This document shows positions 46,391 through 56,041 of a stretch of 64,000 bases of DNA, in pieces. Where the stretch lies: contig JBBDHV010000059.1 in assembly GCA_040880725.1 (NCBI GenBank), forward strand, positions 508 to 64,507, in the 5' to 3' direction. Made by a program: the position numbers and the translations under genes. The notes under the pieces were generated by a model. The model saw nothing but the letters and a program-made list of their open reading frames with translations, searched no databases and was not told the DNA's origin. Each line of letters starts with the position of its first letter. The stretch's first letter is position 1. Source of the DNA: Acidimicrobiia bacterium. Lineage in GTDB: Bacteria; Actinomycetota; Acidimicrobiia; Spongiisociales; ZC4RG35.

Positions 46391-47410
46391 TCAGGTGGTG
46401 GAGAGCTGATCGATCTCGTCGAGGAGCGACTGTTTCCGGGATGCCGGCAGGAATGACGCCTCGATCGAGTTGCGGGCGAGGCCGACCAACTCCTCGGGGC
46501 CGAACCCGAGACCTTCGACGAGAGCCCGGTAGTTGTCGGCGATGTAGCCGCCGAAGTACGCCGGGTCGTCGGAGTTGACGCAGACCAGCAGACCTTCGTC
46601 CATCAGAGTCCGCATCGGGTGCTCGCCCATCGAACCGACCACCCGCAACCGCAGGTTGCTCAGCGGGCACACCGTCAGCGGGATTCGCTCTGCTCTGAGC
46701 CGCTCGACGAGTGCGGGATCCGCCAGGCATCGCACACCGTGGTCGATGCGTTCGGCTCCCAGCACGTCGAGGGCGCTCCGGATGTACGCGGCGGGTCCTT
46801 CCTCCCCGGCATGCGCGACCGCCCGCAGCCCGTGTTCCCGGGCGATCCGGTACGCCTCGGCGTACGGCTCGGGCGGGCGGTCCCGCTCGCTCGAATCGAG
46901 CCCCACCGCGATCACATCCTCGAGGTGATCGACAGCTGCGGCCATCGTGGCGACCGCATCGTCACCGGAGAGGTGGCGGACGAAACACATGATCAGTGCC
47001 GCAGTGAGGCCGAGTTCTCGTTCGCTCCGGCGAATGGCCCGGCGGAAACCCTCCATGAAGACCTCGAAGCCGACGCCGCGGTGCGTGTGGGTCTGCGGAT
47101 CGAAGAAGACCTCGGCGTGACGAACTCCGTCTGCGGCTGCTCGCTGCAGGTACGCCCACATGAGGTCGTCGAAGTCCTCGGAAGTCACGAGTGCGGCCGC
47201 GCCCATGTAGTACACGTCGAGGAACGACTGGAGGTCGGTGAACTGGTAGGCGGCTGTCACCTGGTCCAGCGTCGACCAAGGAAGCACCACGCCGTTTCGC
47301 TTCGCCAGATCGAACATCATCTCCGGCTCCAGAGTCCCTTCGATGTGGACATGCAGCTCAGCTTTGGGGAGATCGAGAATCAGTCGGTCGAGGGTGGGAT
47401 CGATCGGCAT
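46391..47410 (-). CDS. add: Adenosine/adenine deaminase family protein (HIEGTLEPE signature suggests the adenine-deaminase type 2 branch)
   Basis: PKAELHVHIEGTLEPEMMF, HAGE, SDDPAYFG. Start placed at MPIDPTL (ATG 47410); the track TTG at 47452 is unlikely. Confidence 0.85.
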   Translation of the reverse strand: MPIDPTLDRLILDLPKAELHVHIEGTLEPEMMFDLAKRNGVVLPWSTLDQVTAAYQFTDLQSFLDVYYMGAAALVTSEDFDDLMWAYLQRAAADGVRHAEVFFDPQTHTHRGVGFEVFMEGFRRAIRRSERELGLTAALIMCFVRHLSGDDAVATMAAAVDHLEDVIAVGLDSSERDRPPEPYAEAYRIAREHGLRAVAHAGEEGPAAYIRSALDVLGAERIDHGVRCLADPALVERLRAERIPLTVCPLSNLRLRVVGSMGEHPMRTLMDEGLLVCVNSDDPAYFGGYIADNYRALVEGLGFGPEELVGLARNSIEASFLPASRKQSLLDEIDQLSTT

Positions 47411-47421
47411 GAGCGGGGACG

Positions 47422-48009
47422 CTACCTGCTGTCCTGGATCACCTGCTCCCAAAGGCGGTGAACACGTTCGGCGACCTGGTCGCGCGTACCGCTGGTCGAA
47501 ATGACCCAGCGACCCCGAGCCCGCCAGCCGTCACGGCTCGGCTGGGATGCCATCCGCCGATCGACGTCCTCGGGTTCCATCCCGCGGTCGATCAGGCGTT
47601 GCCTGCGCTCGTCGGTCGGGAGGTCCGCCACGACCGTCTGGAGCCACCCGGCACCGACGAGATCCTTGGGCACCGAGATCTCGACGACCACCACGCGGTC
47701 GCCGGCGTCATCGATCCGTCGACCGATCCCGGCACCGATGGCCGGATGGGTGATCGCCTCGAGCTCGTGGAGTTCGTCCGGATCGGCAAACACGATCCCG
47801 CCCAATGCAGCCCGGTCGATGAGGCCGTCGTCGGTGACAACCTGGGGCCACCGCTCGGCGACAGCGTCGAAGGTGGTACCGCCGGGTTCGAGCACGGCGT
47901 GGCCGATGCGATCGGCGTCGATCGTCACGGCTCCCAGTTCCTCGAGGGTTCTGCGAATCGTGCTCTTGCCCGATCCGATGCCCCCTGTGACCACCCACAC
48001 GACTGCCAT
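47422..48009 (-). CDS. coaE: Dephospho-CoA kinase
   Basis: VVTGGIGSGKST Walker A, IDADRIGH. Confidence 0.9.
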   Translation of the reverse strand: MAVVWVVTGGIGSGKSTIRRTLEELGAVTIDADRIGHAVLEPGGTTFDAVAERWPQVVTDDGLIDRAALGGIVFADPDELHELEAITHPAIGAGIGRRIDDAGDRVVVVEISVPKDLVGAGWLQTVVADLPTDERRQRLIDRGMEPEDVDRRMASQPSRDGWRARGRWVISTSGTRDQVAERVHRLWEQVIQDSR

Positions 48010-48062
48010 GGGGAGAAACGGTACCTGGCCGGCATGGCGGCCCGTCTACCCTCCGAGGCCTC

Positions 48063-49775
48063 ATGCGTTGGTCCCAGGCACACATTCCCACCCTCAGAGA
48101 CGATCCGGCCGAAGCCGAAGCCGTGAGCCACAAACTGCTGGTGCGGGGTGGCTTCATCCGGCAGCTGTCCTCGGGGCACTACTCGATGCTTCCGATCGGC
48201 CAGCGGGTCCGAGCGAACATCGACCGGGTCATTCGTGAGGAGATGGATGCAATCGGTGGCCAACAGTTCCACCTCCCCGCCCTGCATCCGGCCGAGATCT
48301 GGAAGAAGTCCGGCCGCTGGGAGCAGATGGGCGACGAGATGTTCCGCCTGGTCGACCGCAAAGGCGCGGACAACGCCCTCGGGATGACGCACGAAGAGGT
48401 CTTCGCCATGCTTGCCTCCGAGCTCACCTCGTACCGGCAGCTACCGCAGATCTGGTACCAGATCCAGACGAAGTTCCGTGATGAGCCCCGTCCCAAGTCA
48501 GGTGTGCTGCGGGTCCGGGAATTCACGATGAAGGACTCGTATTCGTTGGACATCGACGCGGCCGGACTGGATGCGTCGTTCGCCCGGCATCGGGACGCCT
48601 ACGTCCGGATATTCGCGCGGTTCGGCATGAACGCGGTGGCCGTGGAAGCGTCGTCGGGGATCATGGGCGGGTCCGAGTCCACCGAGTTCATGGTGGCCAG
48701 CCCGGCGGGGGAGGACTGGATCGTCACCTGCGACAGCTGTGACTACGCCGCCAACGTCGAGCGAGCGCGCTCGAGGGTGACGGACGTATCCGACCCTGAC
48801 GCAGTGGCCGAGCCAAGCCGGTTCGCCACCCCTGGCATCCGCACGATTCGAGCCCTCGCCGACGGTTTCGCCGACATTGCTCCGCCGGAGCGTCAGATCA
48901 AAACGCTGGTGTACTCGCTCGACGGGGTGCTCACGCTGGTGCTCATGCGAGGCGACCACGATCTGCAAGAACAGAAGTTGGTCGACGTCACGAAGACCGT
49001 CGACATCCGACCCGCGACACCCGAAGAAATCGTGTCCCTGCTGGGAGCACACCCGGGCAGTCTCGGTTCGGTGGGTGTGACCGGAACCGAGATCATCGCC
49101 GATGAGTCGCTCCGAGGGCGGAGAGGACTCGTCACGGGAGCGAACGAAGACGACTGGCATCTTCGGGATGTCGATGTCGAACGAGATATCGCTGTCACCC
49201 GATGGGAGGACCTCAGAGCCGTCCGCTCCGGTGAGCCATGCGAGGTCGACGGCGGTCGTCTCGACCTGTGGAAGGGTGTCGAGGTGGGACACATCTTCAA
49301 GCTCGGAACCAAGTACTCCGAGGCGATGGACGCCTACGTCCAGGACGAGGACGGCAATTCCCATCCGATCATCATGGGTTCGTACGGCATTGGGGTGGAA
49401 CGTTCGATGGCGACGATCGTCGAAGGTTCCCACGACGAGCGGGGAATCATCTGGCCTCCTGGGATCGGGCCGTGGGATGTGGTGATCACCACCCTCAGGG
49501 CCGACGACCCGGCCGTGCAGCAGGCGGCAGAGGAGCTCTACGGCGAGTTGAGGGACGCCGGTGTTGCCGTGATCTACGACGACCGGGCGGAGCGTCCCGG
49601 TGTGAAGTTCGCGGACGCCGAACTCGTCGGGATGCCGTTTCGGATCACGATCGGACCGCGGGGAGTCGAGTCGCAGACTGCGGAGTTCACGCCCCGGGCA
49701 ACCATGGAGACCGAAGAGGTCGCCTTCGGCGATTGTCTCACGGTGGTCCGTGATCGACTCGGGATCAGTCGCTGA
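48063..49775 (+). CDS. proS: Proline--tRNA ligase
   Basis: 570 aa. Class II motifs (FRDEPRPKSGVLRVREFTMKD; GSYGIGVER) and C-terminal anticodon-binding domain. Confidence 0.94.
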   Translation: MRWSQAHIPTLRDDPAEAEAVSHKLLVRGGFIRQLSSGHYSMLPIGQRVRANIDRVIREEMDAIGGQQFHLPALHPAEIWKKSGRWEQMGDEMFRLVDRKGADNALGMTHEEVFAMLASELTSYRQLPQIWYQIQTKFRDEPRPKSGVLRVREFTMKDSYSLDIDAAGLDASFARHRDAYVRIFARFGMNAVAVEASSGIMGGSESTEFMVASPAGEDWIVTCDSCDYAANVERARSRVTDVSDPDAVAEPSRFATPGIRTIRALADGFADIAPPERQIKTLVYSLDGVLTLVLMRGDHDLQEQKLVDVTKTVDIRPATPEEIVSLLGAHPGSLGSVGVTGTEIIADESLRGRRGLVTGANEDDWHLRDVDVERDIAVTRWEDLRAVRSGEPCEVDGGRLDLWKGVEVGHIFKLGTKYSEAMDAYVQDEDGNSHPIIMGSYGIGVERSMATIVEGSHDERGIIWPPGIGPWDVVITTLRADDPAVQQAAEELYGELRDAGVAVIYDDRAERPGVKFADAELVGMPFRITIGPRGVESQTAEFTPRATMETEEVAFGDCLTVVRDRLGISR

Positions 49776-50550
49776 GGCGTTGGCGTCCCGCGTAGACCAC
49801 GAACGAATCACCGCGCACGAAGCCCGCGAGCGTCAGCCCGACATCCTCCGCGAGTTCGATGGCCAGCGACGAGGCTGCGGACACACCGACGACGAACGGG
49901 ATGCCCGCCACTGCCGCCTTCTGGGCGATCTCGAAGCTGATGCGGCCCGAGACGACGAGGATCACCTCGCCGAGCGGCCATGTCTCCCGCGCCAGCATGC
50001 CGATCGCCTTGTCGGTCGCGTTGTGCCGGCCGACGTCTTCGGCTGACGACAGGATGTTGCCGTTCGCGTCGAGAATCGCCACGCCGTGCAGCCCTCCCGT
50101 TGCATCGAAGAGCTGCTGGGTTCCTCGCAGACGATCGATCATCGGCGGGAGCGAACTCCGAGCGAGCACGGGCCCGGCGGGGAGGGGGCGAGATGCGATG
50201 CGGACCGCATCGATCGACGCCTTGCCGCACACTCCGCACGACGAAGTGGTGTAGGTGTTCCGGCGAAACTGCTCGGGGTCGACGGTGACACCATCTGCGA
50301 GTTCGACGACGTAGCGGTCGCCATCGAGGCGGGTGATCCCCTGCAACTCTCGGGGGTCCACCAGGATGCCCTCGGTGAGGCAGAAGCCGGTCGCCAATTC
50401 CAGCTCCAAGCCCGGGGTCCGCATGAGGACCGCGATCGGGGTCCTCCCGAGCCGCATCTCGAACGGAGACTCGGCGGCCACCCGATCTCGGGTGACTTCC
50501 TGAATCGCTCCCTCGTATCGCACCACCTCGACTTCGGTGAATCCGTCCAT
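49765..50550 (-). CDS. fdhD: Sulfurtransferase FdhD
   Basis: Starts MDGFTEVEVV. TSSCGVCGK active-site loop, GRHNA. Convergently overlaps proS by 11 nt. Confidence 0.88.
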   Translation of the reverse strand: MDGFTEVEVVRYEGAIQEVTRDRVAAESPFEMRLGRTPIAVLMRTPGLELELATGFCLTEGILVDPRELQGITRLDGDRYVVELADGVTVDPEQFRRNTYTTSSCGVCGKASIDAVRIASRPLPAGPVLARSSLPPMIDRLRGTQQLFDATGGLHGVAILDANGNILSSAEDVGRHNATDKAIGMLARETWPLGEVILVVSGRISFEIAQKAAVAGIPFVVGVSAASSLAIELAEDVGLTLAGFVRGDSFVVYAGRQRLSD

Positions 50551-50613
50551 GAGGCCAAGGCTACGGGCTCGGACGATCCTCCTACGATTCGACCAACCCC
50601 GACAGGAGAACCG

Positions 50614-51690
50614 ATGCGCGCCCACAACTTCGGTGCAGGCCCCTGCACCCTCCCGGAAGACGTGCTCGCCGAAGCACGAGACGAGTTCCTCGACTTCGCC
50701 GGCACCGGCATGTCGGTGGTGGAACTCAGCCATCGCTCCGCGGAGTATGAGCAACTTCACCAGCGCACCCTCGAACTCACCCGTTCAGTTTCGGGCGCAC
50801 CGGATTCCTTTGACATCCTCTTCATCCAGGGTGGGGCAACCCTGCAGTTCTCGATGATTCCGATGAACCTCCTTGCGGAGGGCGAGCGGGCGGGGTACGT
50901 CGTATCCGGCACATGGGGGACGAAGGCGCTCGCCAACGCTCGTCCGTTCGGAGCGGTCTACGCCGCGTGGGACGGCAAGGACGTCGACTACGCCGAGATG
51001 CCGGGTGCCGACGATGTGCAAGTCGAGGCGGATTCCCGCTATCTGCACATCACCACCAACGAGACGATCGGCGGGATTCGGATGGTCGAGTTCCCGAAAA
51101 CCGATGTGCCGCTCGTCGGCGACATGTCCTCGGAGTATCTGGCGCGCCCGATCGACTGGGAGCGCTACGACCTGGTGTACGGGGGCGTCCAGAAGAATCT
51201 CGCCCCGGCGGGCATGGCGGTGGTGTTCGTGCGCAAGACCGCGCTCGGGTCCGGCGGCCGGGACCTCGGCGACTACCTGAGCTACGGCTTTCACGCCGAG
51301 TCCGACTCGCTGGGCAACACCCCTCCGATGTTTCCGATCTACATCATGGAGAAGGTGCTCTCCAGGATCGACGCACGCGGCGGCGTCGACACGCTCGAAC
51401 GGGAGTCGGCGGACAAGGCGGCGGTGCTCTACGAGGCGATCGACGGTTCCGAGGGCTTCTACCGAAATCCGGTGAATGTCCGGGATCGCAGCCACATGAA
51501 TGTTGTCTTCCGGCTCCCGTCGATCGAGCTCGAGTCGCGGTTCGTGGCCGAGGCGACCGCGGCAGGTCTGATCGGCCTGAAGGGCCATCGCAGCGTGGGC
51601 GGTCTGCGGGCGAGCCTCTATGCCGCGTTGTCGCTCGACAGCGTTCACACTCTCGTCGAATTCATGCGCGATTTCCGCTCCAGCGCCTGA
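50614..51690 (+). CDS. serC: Phosphoserine aminotransferase
   Basis: MRAHNFGAGPCTLPEDVL, GGVQKNLAPAG (PLP lysine), HRSVGGLRASLY. Confidence 0.92.
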   Translation: MRAHNFGAGPCTLPEDVLAEARDEFLDFAGTGMSVVELSHRSAEYEQLHQRTLELTRSVSGAPDSFDILFIQGGATLQFSMIPMNLLAEGERAGYVVSGTWGTKALANARPFGAVYAAWDGKDVDYAEMPGADDVQVEADSRYLHITTNETIGGIRMVEFPKTDVPLVGDMSSEYLARPIDWERYDLVYGGVQKNLAPAGMAVVFVRKTALGSGGRDLGDYLSYGFHAESDSLGNTPPMFPIYIMEKVLSRIDARGGVDTLERESADKAAVLYEAIDGSEGFYRNPVNVRDRSHMNVVFRLPSIELESRFVAEATAAGLIGLKGHRSVGGLRASLYAALSLDSVHTLVEFMRDFRSSA

Positions 51691-51797
51691 ACCCTGGGCT
51701 CCCGGGCACCCTATGTGTCCCCGGGAACCCTGGGTTCGCCAGGCGCCTGCGGCGTCCTGCGGGCCCAGGGTGCGCCCCAAAACCCAGGGTTTGCGGC
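51689..51797 (+). repeat. Repeat-family copy overlapping the serC stop plus further GAACCC-N-GGGTTC palindromes
   Basis: TGAACCCTGGGCTCCCGGGCACCCTATGTGTCCCCGGGAACCCTGGGTTCGCCAGG aligns with 11241-11298. Palindromes at 51725-51737 and 51780-51792. Confidence 0.8.
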
Positions 51798-51835
51798 GCG
51801 CTATGATGGTGGGTCGACATCCGAGTTTCACTTGA

Positions 51836-51863
51836 GGTGGGCGTGGCGCCCGCCTCTTTTGTT
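51836..51863 (+). terminator. Intrinsic terminator/attenuator hairpin with U-tract, upstream of rimP-nusA-infB
   Basis: GGTGGGCG (51836-51843), loop TGG, CGCCCGCC (51847-51854): 8 bp including one G-U pair. Followed by TCTTTTGTT. Confidence 0.6.
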
Positions 51864-51917
51864 GAGATATCGCGACAGGAGACCGTGAACGAGACGGCGA
51901 CAAGGGCGAAGAATTCA

Positions 51918-52397
51918 ATGGCACTCACCGATGACGTGCGAGCGTTGATCGAACCGTGGCTCGCAGCCGAACGGCTCGAACTCGACGACCTGGAGCTGAA
52001 AGGCTCCGGTCCCGGGCGGACGTTGCGCGTCGTCATCGACAGCGACGAGCCCATCGATCTCGACCGCATCGCCGAGGTCAGCAACGGCGTCAGTCGCCTC
52101 CTCGACGCCGAGGCGGGCATCGACGACCCGTACCAACTCGAAGTGACATCGCCTGGACTCGAGCGGGCCTTGAAGACCCCTCGCCACTTCCAGAAGTCGG
52201 TCGGGCGCGAGGTCACCATGAAGCTGCGCCGGGACGACGAGACCACCCTCCTCAAAGGGCGCCTCGATGCCGCCGGCGACGCCGGGGCAACCGTCACCAC
52301 CGAGGACGGGGCGGTCATCGAGTTCGCATATGACGAGGTCGCCAAGGCACGGACCGTGTTTCGTTGGCAAGCCGCGCCCAAACCGGGCAAGAAGTGA
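51918..52397 (+). CDS. rimP: Ribosome maturation factor RimP
   Basis: ALIEPWLAAERLELDDLEL, YQLEVTSPGLERALK. An in-frame GTG at 51885 is an alternative start. Confidence 0.85.
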   Translation: MALTDDVRALIEPWLAAERLELDDLELKGSGPGRTLRVVIDSDEPIDLDRIAEVSNGVSRLLDAEAGIDDPYQLEVTSPGLERALKTPRHFQKSVGREVTMKLRRDDETTLLKGRLDAAGDAGATVTTEDGAVIEFAYDEVAKARTVFRWQAAPKPGKK

Positions 52398-52407
52398 GGA
52401 GACGCGC

Positions 52408-53613
52408 ATGAAGATCGACTTTCAGGTGATGGAGGCTCTCGAGCTGCTCGAACGTGAGCGCGGCGTGCCCGTCGACACCATTCTCGATGCCCTCGCCAAC
52501 GCCCTGGTCAGCGCCTACAAGCGCAGCCCCGGGGCAGCCGAGGAGGCTCGCGTCACCATCGACCCCGACGGGGGGGACATCCGCGTCTACGCCCAGGAAC
52601 TCGACGAGGACGGCAACGTCACACGCGAGTGGGAGGACACTCCGGACGACTTCGGACGGATCGCCGCCCAAACCGCCAAGCAGGTCATCGCCCAGCGACT
52701 GCGCGAGGCCAAGCGCGAGCAGGTTTTCGACGTCTACCAGGGCCGTGAGGGCGACCTCGTGACGGGAATCGTTCAGCAGGTCGACAACCGGTACGCCATT
52801 CTCGACCTGGGGGACGCGGAGGCGATCGTTCCGGGATCCGAGCGCATTCCGTACGAGCGTCTCGAGCGCGGAAACAGGGTCAAAGGTGTGATCATCGAGG
52901 TGCGCGAAGAGGGTAAGGGTCCTCAGATCGTCGTCTCCCGCAGCCATCCGGATCTCGTTCGGCGTCTGCTCGAGTTGGAAGTGCCCGAATTGGTCGACGG
53001 CACGATCGAAATCGTGGCCATCGCTCGGGAGCCGGGACACCGGACGAAGATCGCCGTGGTCAGCCACGACCCCAATGTCGACCCGAAAGGGGCCTGTGTG
53101 GGAGCGCGCGGATCGCGTGTGCGCCAGGTGGTCAACGAGTTGCGGGGCGAGAAGGTCGATGTGGTCCAATACCGCGAGGACACGCGGCAGTTCATCGCCG
53201 AAGCGCTCGGCCCGGCCAAGATCAAAGATGTGCTGATCGACGAGGAGGAGAAGGTCGCCGAGGTCATTGTCGGCCAGCACCAGCTCTCCTTGGCGATCGG
53301 TAAAGAAGGGCAAAATGCCCGCCTTGCGGCCCGGCTGTCGGGCTACAAGATCGACATTCGGTCAGACGAGCCCGAGCCTGCTCCCGAGCCGGCCGCTCCC
53401 GTCGACGATGAGGTGCCCGCCGGTGACGCGGTTGTCGCGGTCGACCCGGACGGGGAGTCGGCGGTGCCGGCCGACGCGGATGCGGAAACGCCCGTTGACG
53501 TGGTCGCCGAGACGAGTGCTGCGGCCGAGGTCGCGGCAGCCTCCGAGTCTGATGCCGATCCGGCCGTCTCAGCCGGGGCCGATGATGAAGATGCTGCCGG
53601 CGAAGAAGAGTGA
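52408..53613 (+). CDS. nusA: Transcription termination/antitermination factor NusA with acidic C-terminal tail
   Basis: N-terminal domain, S1 (GDLVTGIVQQV), two KH domains (GACVGARGSRV; AIGKEGQNARLA), then about 80 aa of Asp/Glu/Ala/Pro-rich tail. Confidence 0.94.
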   Translation: MKIDFQVMEALELLERERGVPVDTILDALANALVSAYKRSPGAAEEARVTIDPDGGDIRVYAQELDEDGNVTREWEDTPDDFGRIAAQTAKQVIAQRLREAKREQVFDVYQGREGDLVTGIVQQVDNRYAILDLGDAEAIVPGSERIPYERLERGNRVKGVIIEVREEGKGPQIVVSRSHPDLVRRLLELEVPELVDGTIEIVAIAREPGHRTKIAVVSHDPNVDPKGACVGARGSRVRQVVNELRGEKVDVVQYREDTRQFIAEALGPAKIKDVLIDEEEKVAEVIVGQHQLSLAIGKEGQNARLAARLSGYKIDIRSDEPEPAPEPAAPVDDEVPAGDAVVAVDPDGESAVPADADAETPVDVVAETSAAAEVAAASESDADPAVSAGADDEDAAGEEE

Positions 53614-53630
53614 CGTGAGGTGGAGTGAGA

Positions 53631-55745
53631 GTGGCGAAAGTACGTATCTATGAGATTGCGCGGGACCTCGACCTCGAATCGAAGGAAGTCCTCGAGAAGG
53701 CCCTGGAGCTTGGTTTTGATGTGAAGACCGCCTCCTCGAGCGTCGAGGAGGGCGATGTCGACCTCATCAAGCTGGCATTCGACGACACCGAGACTGCGAC
53801 CCCGGCCCCTGAACCCGAGCCGGCGGCGACACCCGAGACACAGCCGGAACCCGAGCCCGTCACGTTGTCTGCGGATGAACCGGCTGTTGAACCGGACGAA
53901 CCGCCTGTCGAACCGGCTGGCGAACCGGACGACGATTCCGAGACCCCGACCCCCGAGCCGGCTGAAGGTTCCGACGACATCGGTCTCGCAACGGTCCACG
54001 AGGGTATGACGGTCTCGGAGTTCGCCGACGCGATCGGCGCCGGCGCAGGTGACGTCGTCAAGGCGCTGATGCTGCGCGGACGACCTGCGGGCGCTGCCGC
54101 GCAGATGCCTTCGGACATGTTCGAGGAGATCGCCGAGACGTTCGACGTCATCGTCGACATCGCCGACAAACCCGCGCCCGAAGAGGCCGGCCCGGCAACG
54201 GCCGAGATGCCGGTGTTCGAGGACTCCGAAGAAGACCTGGTGGCGCGTCCCCCGGTGATCACCGTGATGGGCCACGTCGACCACGGCAAGACGTCGTTGC
54301 TGGACAAGATCCGCAAGGCGAATGTGGTTCAGGGCGAGGCCGGTGGGATCACCCAGCACATCGGGGCATACCAGGTGGAGGTCGGAGAGAACCGTCTGAC
54401 GTTCATCGACACACCTGGTCATGAGGCATTCACGACGATGCGTGCCCGCGGCGCCGACGTCACGGACATCGTCGTCCTCGTCGTCGCCGCCGACGACGGC
54501 GTCATGCCTCAGACCATCGAGGCCATCAGTCATGCGAGGGCCGCCGGTGTGGAGCTGGTCGTGGCCATCAACAAGATGGACCTTCCTGCTGCGGATCCGA
54601 TGCGAGTACGTACCGAACTCACCCAGCACGGCGTGATCGTGGAAGAACTCGGTGGAGACGTCACTTCGGTCGAGGTGTCCGCTGAAACCGGGAACGGCAT
54701 CGACAACTTGCTCGAAGTGCTCGATCTCATCGCGCAACTGCAGGAATACAAGGCGAACCCGGAACCCTCCGCCACAGGTGTGGTCGTCGAATCTCAGCTC
54801 GATCCCGGAATGGGAGCGACCGCCACAGTCATCGTCAAACGTGGCACGTTGCGGCAGGGTGACTCGTTCGTGGCGGGCGCAGTTGCCGGACGAGCCCGGG
54901 CGCTCATGGACCACGAAGGAACCCGCCTGAAGTCGGTGGGGCCGAGTGCTCCGGTGCTCATCATGGGCTGGTCGGACGTTCCGACCGCAGGAGACATCCT
55001 CGAGGTCGTCAAGAACGACAAGGAAGCCAGAGCGATCGCGGCGGACCGCGAACAGGCGATCAAGGACGAAGTTCAGGGGGTCGTGACCGGCCGCGAGCGG
55101 CTGCAGGGTCTGCTCGAGCAGCTCCGCTCCGAAGACACCGAGCTGCGTGTCATTCTCAAGACCGACGCCCACGGTTCCCTCGAGGCCTTGAAGGAGGCCA
55201 TCGCCAAGATCACGCGCGAGGACGGGCGCATCGATGTCCTGCATGGCGCCGTTGGCGGCATCAACGAGAACGATGTCACATTGGCCGAGGTCACCGGGGC
55301 CATCATCGTCGGCTTCAACGTCCGTCCCGATCCCAAGGCTCGGCGGTCTGCCGAGGAGACGGGTATCGAGATCCGGACGTACGGCATCATCTACGAACTG
55401 CTCGATGAACTCGAAGCGATGCTGGTCGGACGTCTCTCGCCGGACCACGAAGAAGTCGTGCTCGGATCGGCCGAGGTGCGGGCGCTGTTCAAGGTCCCGC
55501 GTGCCGGGACGATCGCCGGTTGCTACGTCACCGAAGGCGTCGTCCAACGGAGCGCCAAGGCCCGCTTGCTGCGGGGCGGAGTGGTCGTCTTCGACGGCCG
55601 CATCGACTCGCTGCGTCGATTCAAAGACGACGTCCGCGAAGTCGCGTCGGGCTTCGAGTGCGGTATCGGCCTCGAGAACTTCAACGACGTCAAGGAAGGC
55701 GACATCATCGAGGTGTACGAGATCCGTGAGGTCGCCCGGACCTGA
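53631..55745 (+). CDS. infB: Translation initiation factor IF-2
   Basis: VAKVRIYEIARDL N-terminus (GTG 53631; GTG 53625 also in frame), acidic/Pro linker, G domain GHVDHGKTSLLD, DTPGH, NKMD. Confidence 0.94.
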   Translation: MAKVRIYEIARDLDLESKEVLEKALELGFDVKTASSSVEEGDVDLIKLAFDDTETATPAPEPEPAATPETQPEPEPVTLSADEPAVEPDEPPVEPAGEPDDDSETPTPEPAEGSDDIGLATVHEGMTVSEFADAIGAGAGDVVKALMLRGRPAGAAAQMPSDMFEEIAETFDVIVDIADKPAPEEAGPATAEMPVFEDSEEDLVARPPVITVMGHVDHGKTSLLDKIRKANVVQGEAGGITQHIGAYQVEVGENRLTFIDTPGHEAFTTMRARGADVTDIVVLVVAADDGVMPQTIEAISHARAAGVELVVAINKMDLPAADPMRVRTELTQHGVIVEELGGDVTSVEVSAETGNGIDNLLEVLDLIAQLQEYKANPEPSATGVVVESQLDPGMGATATVIVKRGTLRQGDSFVAGAVAGRARALMDHEGTRLKSVGPSAPVLIMGWSDVPTAGDILEVVKNDKEARAIAADREQAIKDEVQGVVTGRERLQGLLEQLRSEDTELRVILKTDAHGSLEALKEAIAKITREDGRIDVLHGAVGGINENDVTLAEVTGAIIVGFNVRPDPKARRSAEETGIEIRTYGIIYELLDELEAMLVGRLSPDHEEVVLGSAEVRALFKVPRAGTIAGCYVTEGVVQRSAKARLLRGGVVVFDGRIDSLRRFKDDVREVASGFECGIGLENFNDVKEGDIIEVYEIREVART

Positions 55746-56041
55746 TGCATGCCGCCGCGATGCGGATCGAGGTGCACATTCCGCACAGTCTGTCGCTCAA
55801 GGACAAGCGGAAGGTGGTTCGTCCGTTCGTCGAGGGGCTGCGTCGCCTGGCGTCGTTGAGCGTCGCCGAGGTGGGAATGCACGACACCTGGCAACGTGCG
55901 ACCTTCGGCGTGGCGATCGTTGCTCCCGATGCACCCGAATTGGAGCGGCTGATCGATCGTGTGCGACGCTACGTTGATGAGCAGCTGGAACTCGCCGTGA
56001 CTGACGTCAAGCTCACATATCTGGAGGCACCCGATGGGTGA
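55745..56041 (+). CDS. DUF503 (YlxP-like) protein
   Basis: 98 aa. MRIEVHIPHSLSLKDKRKVV pattern. ATG shares one base with the infB stop (TGATG). Confidence 0.85.
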   Translation: MHAAAMRIEVHIPHSLSLKDKRKVVRPFVEGLRRLASLSVAEVGMHDTWQRATFGVAIVAPDAPELERLIDRVRRYVDEQLELAVTDVKLTYLEAPDG

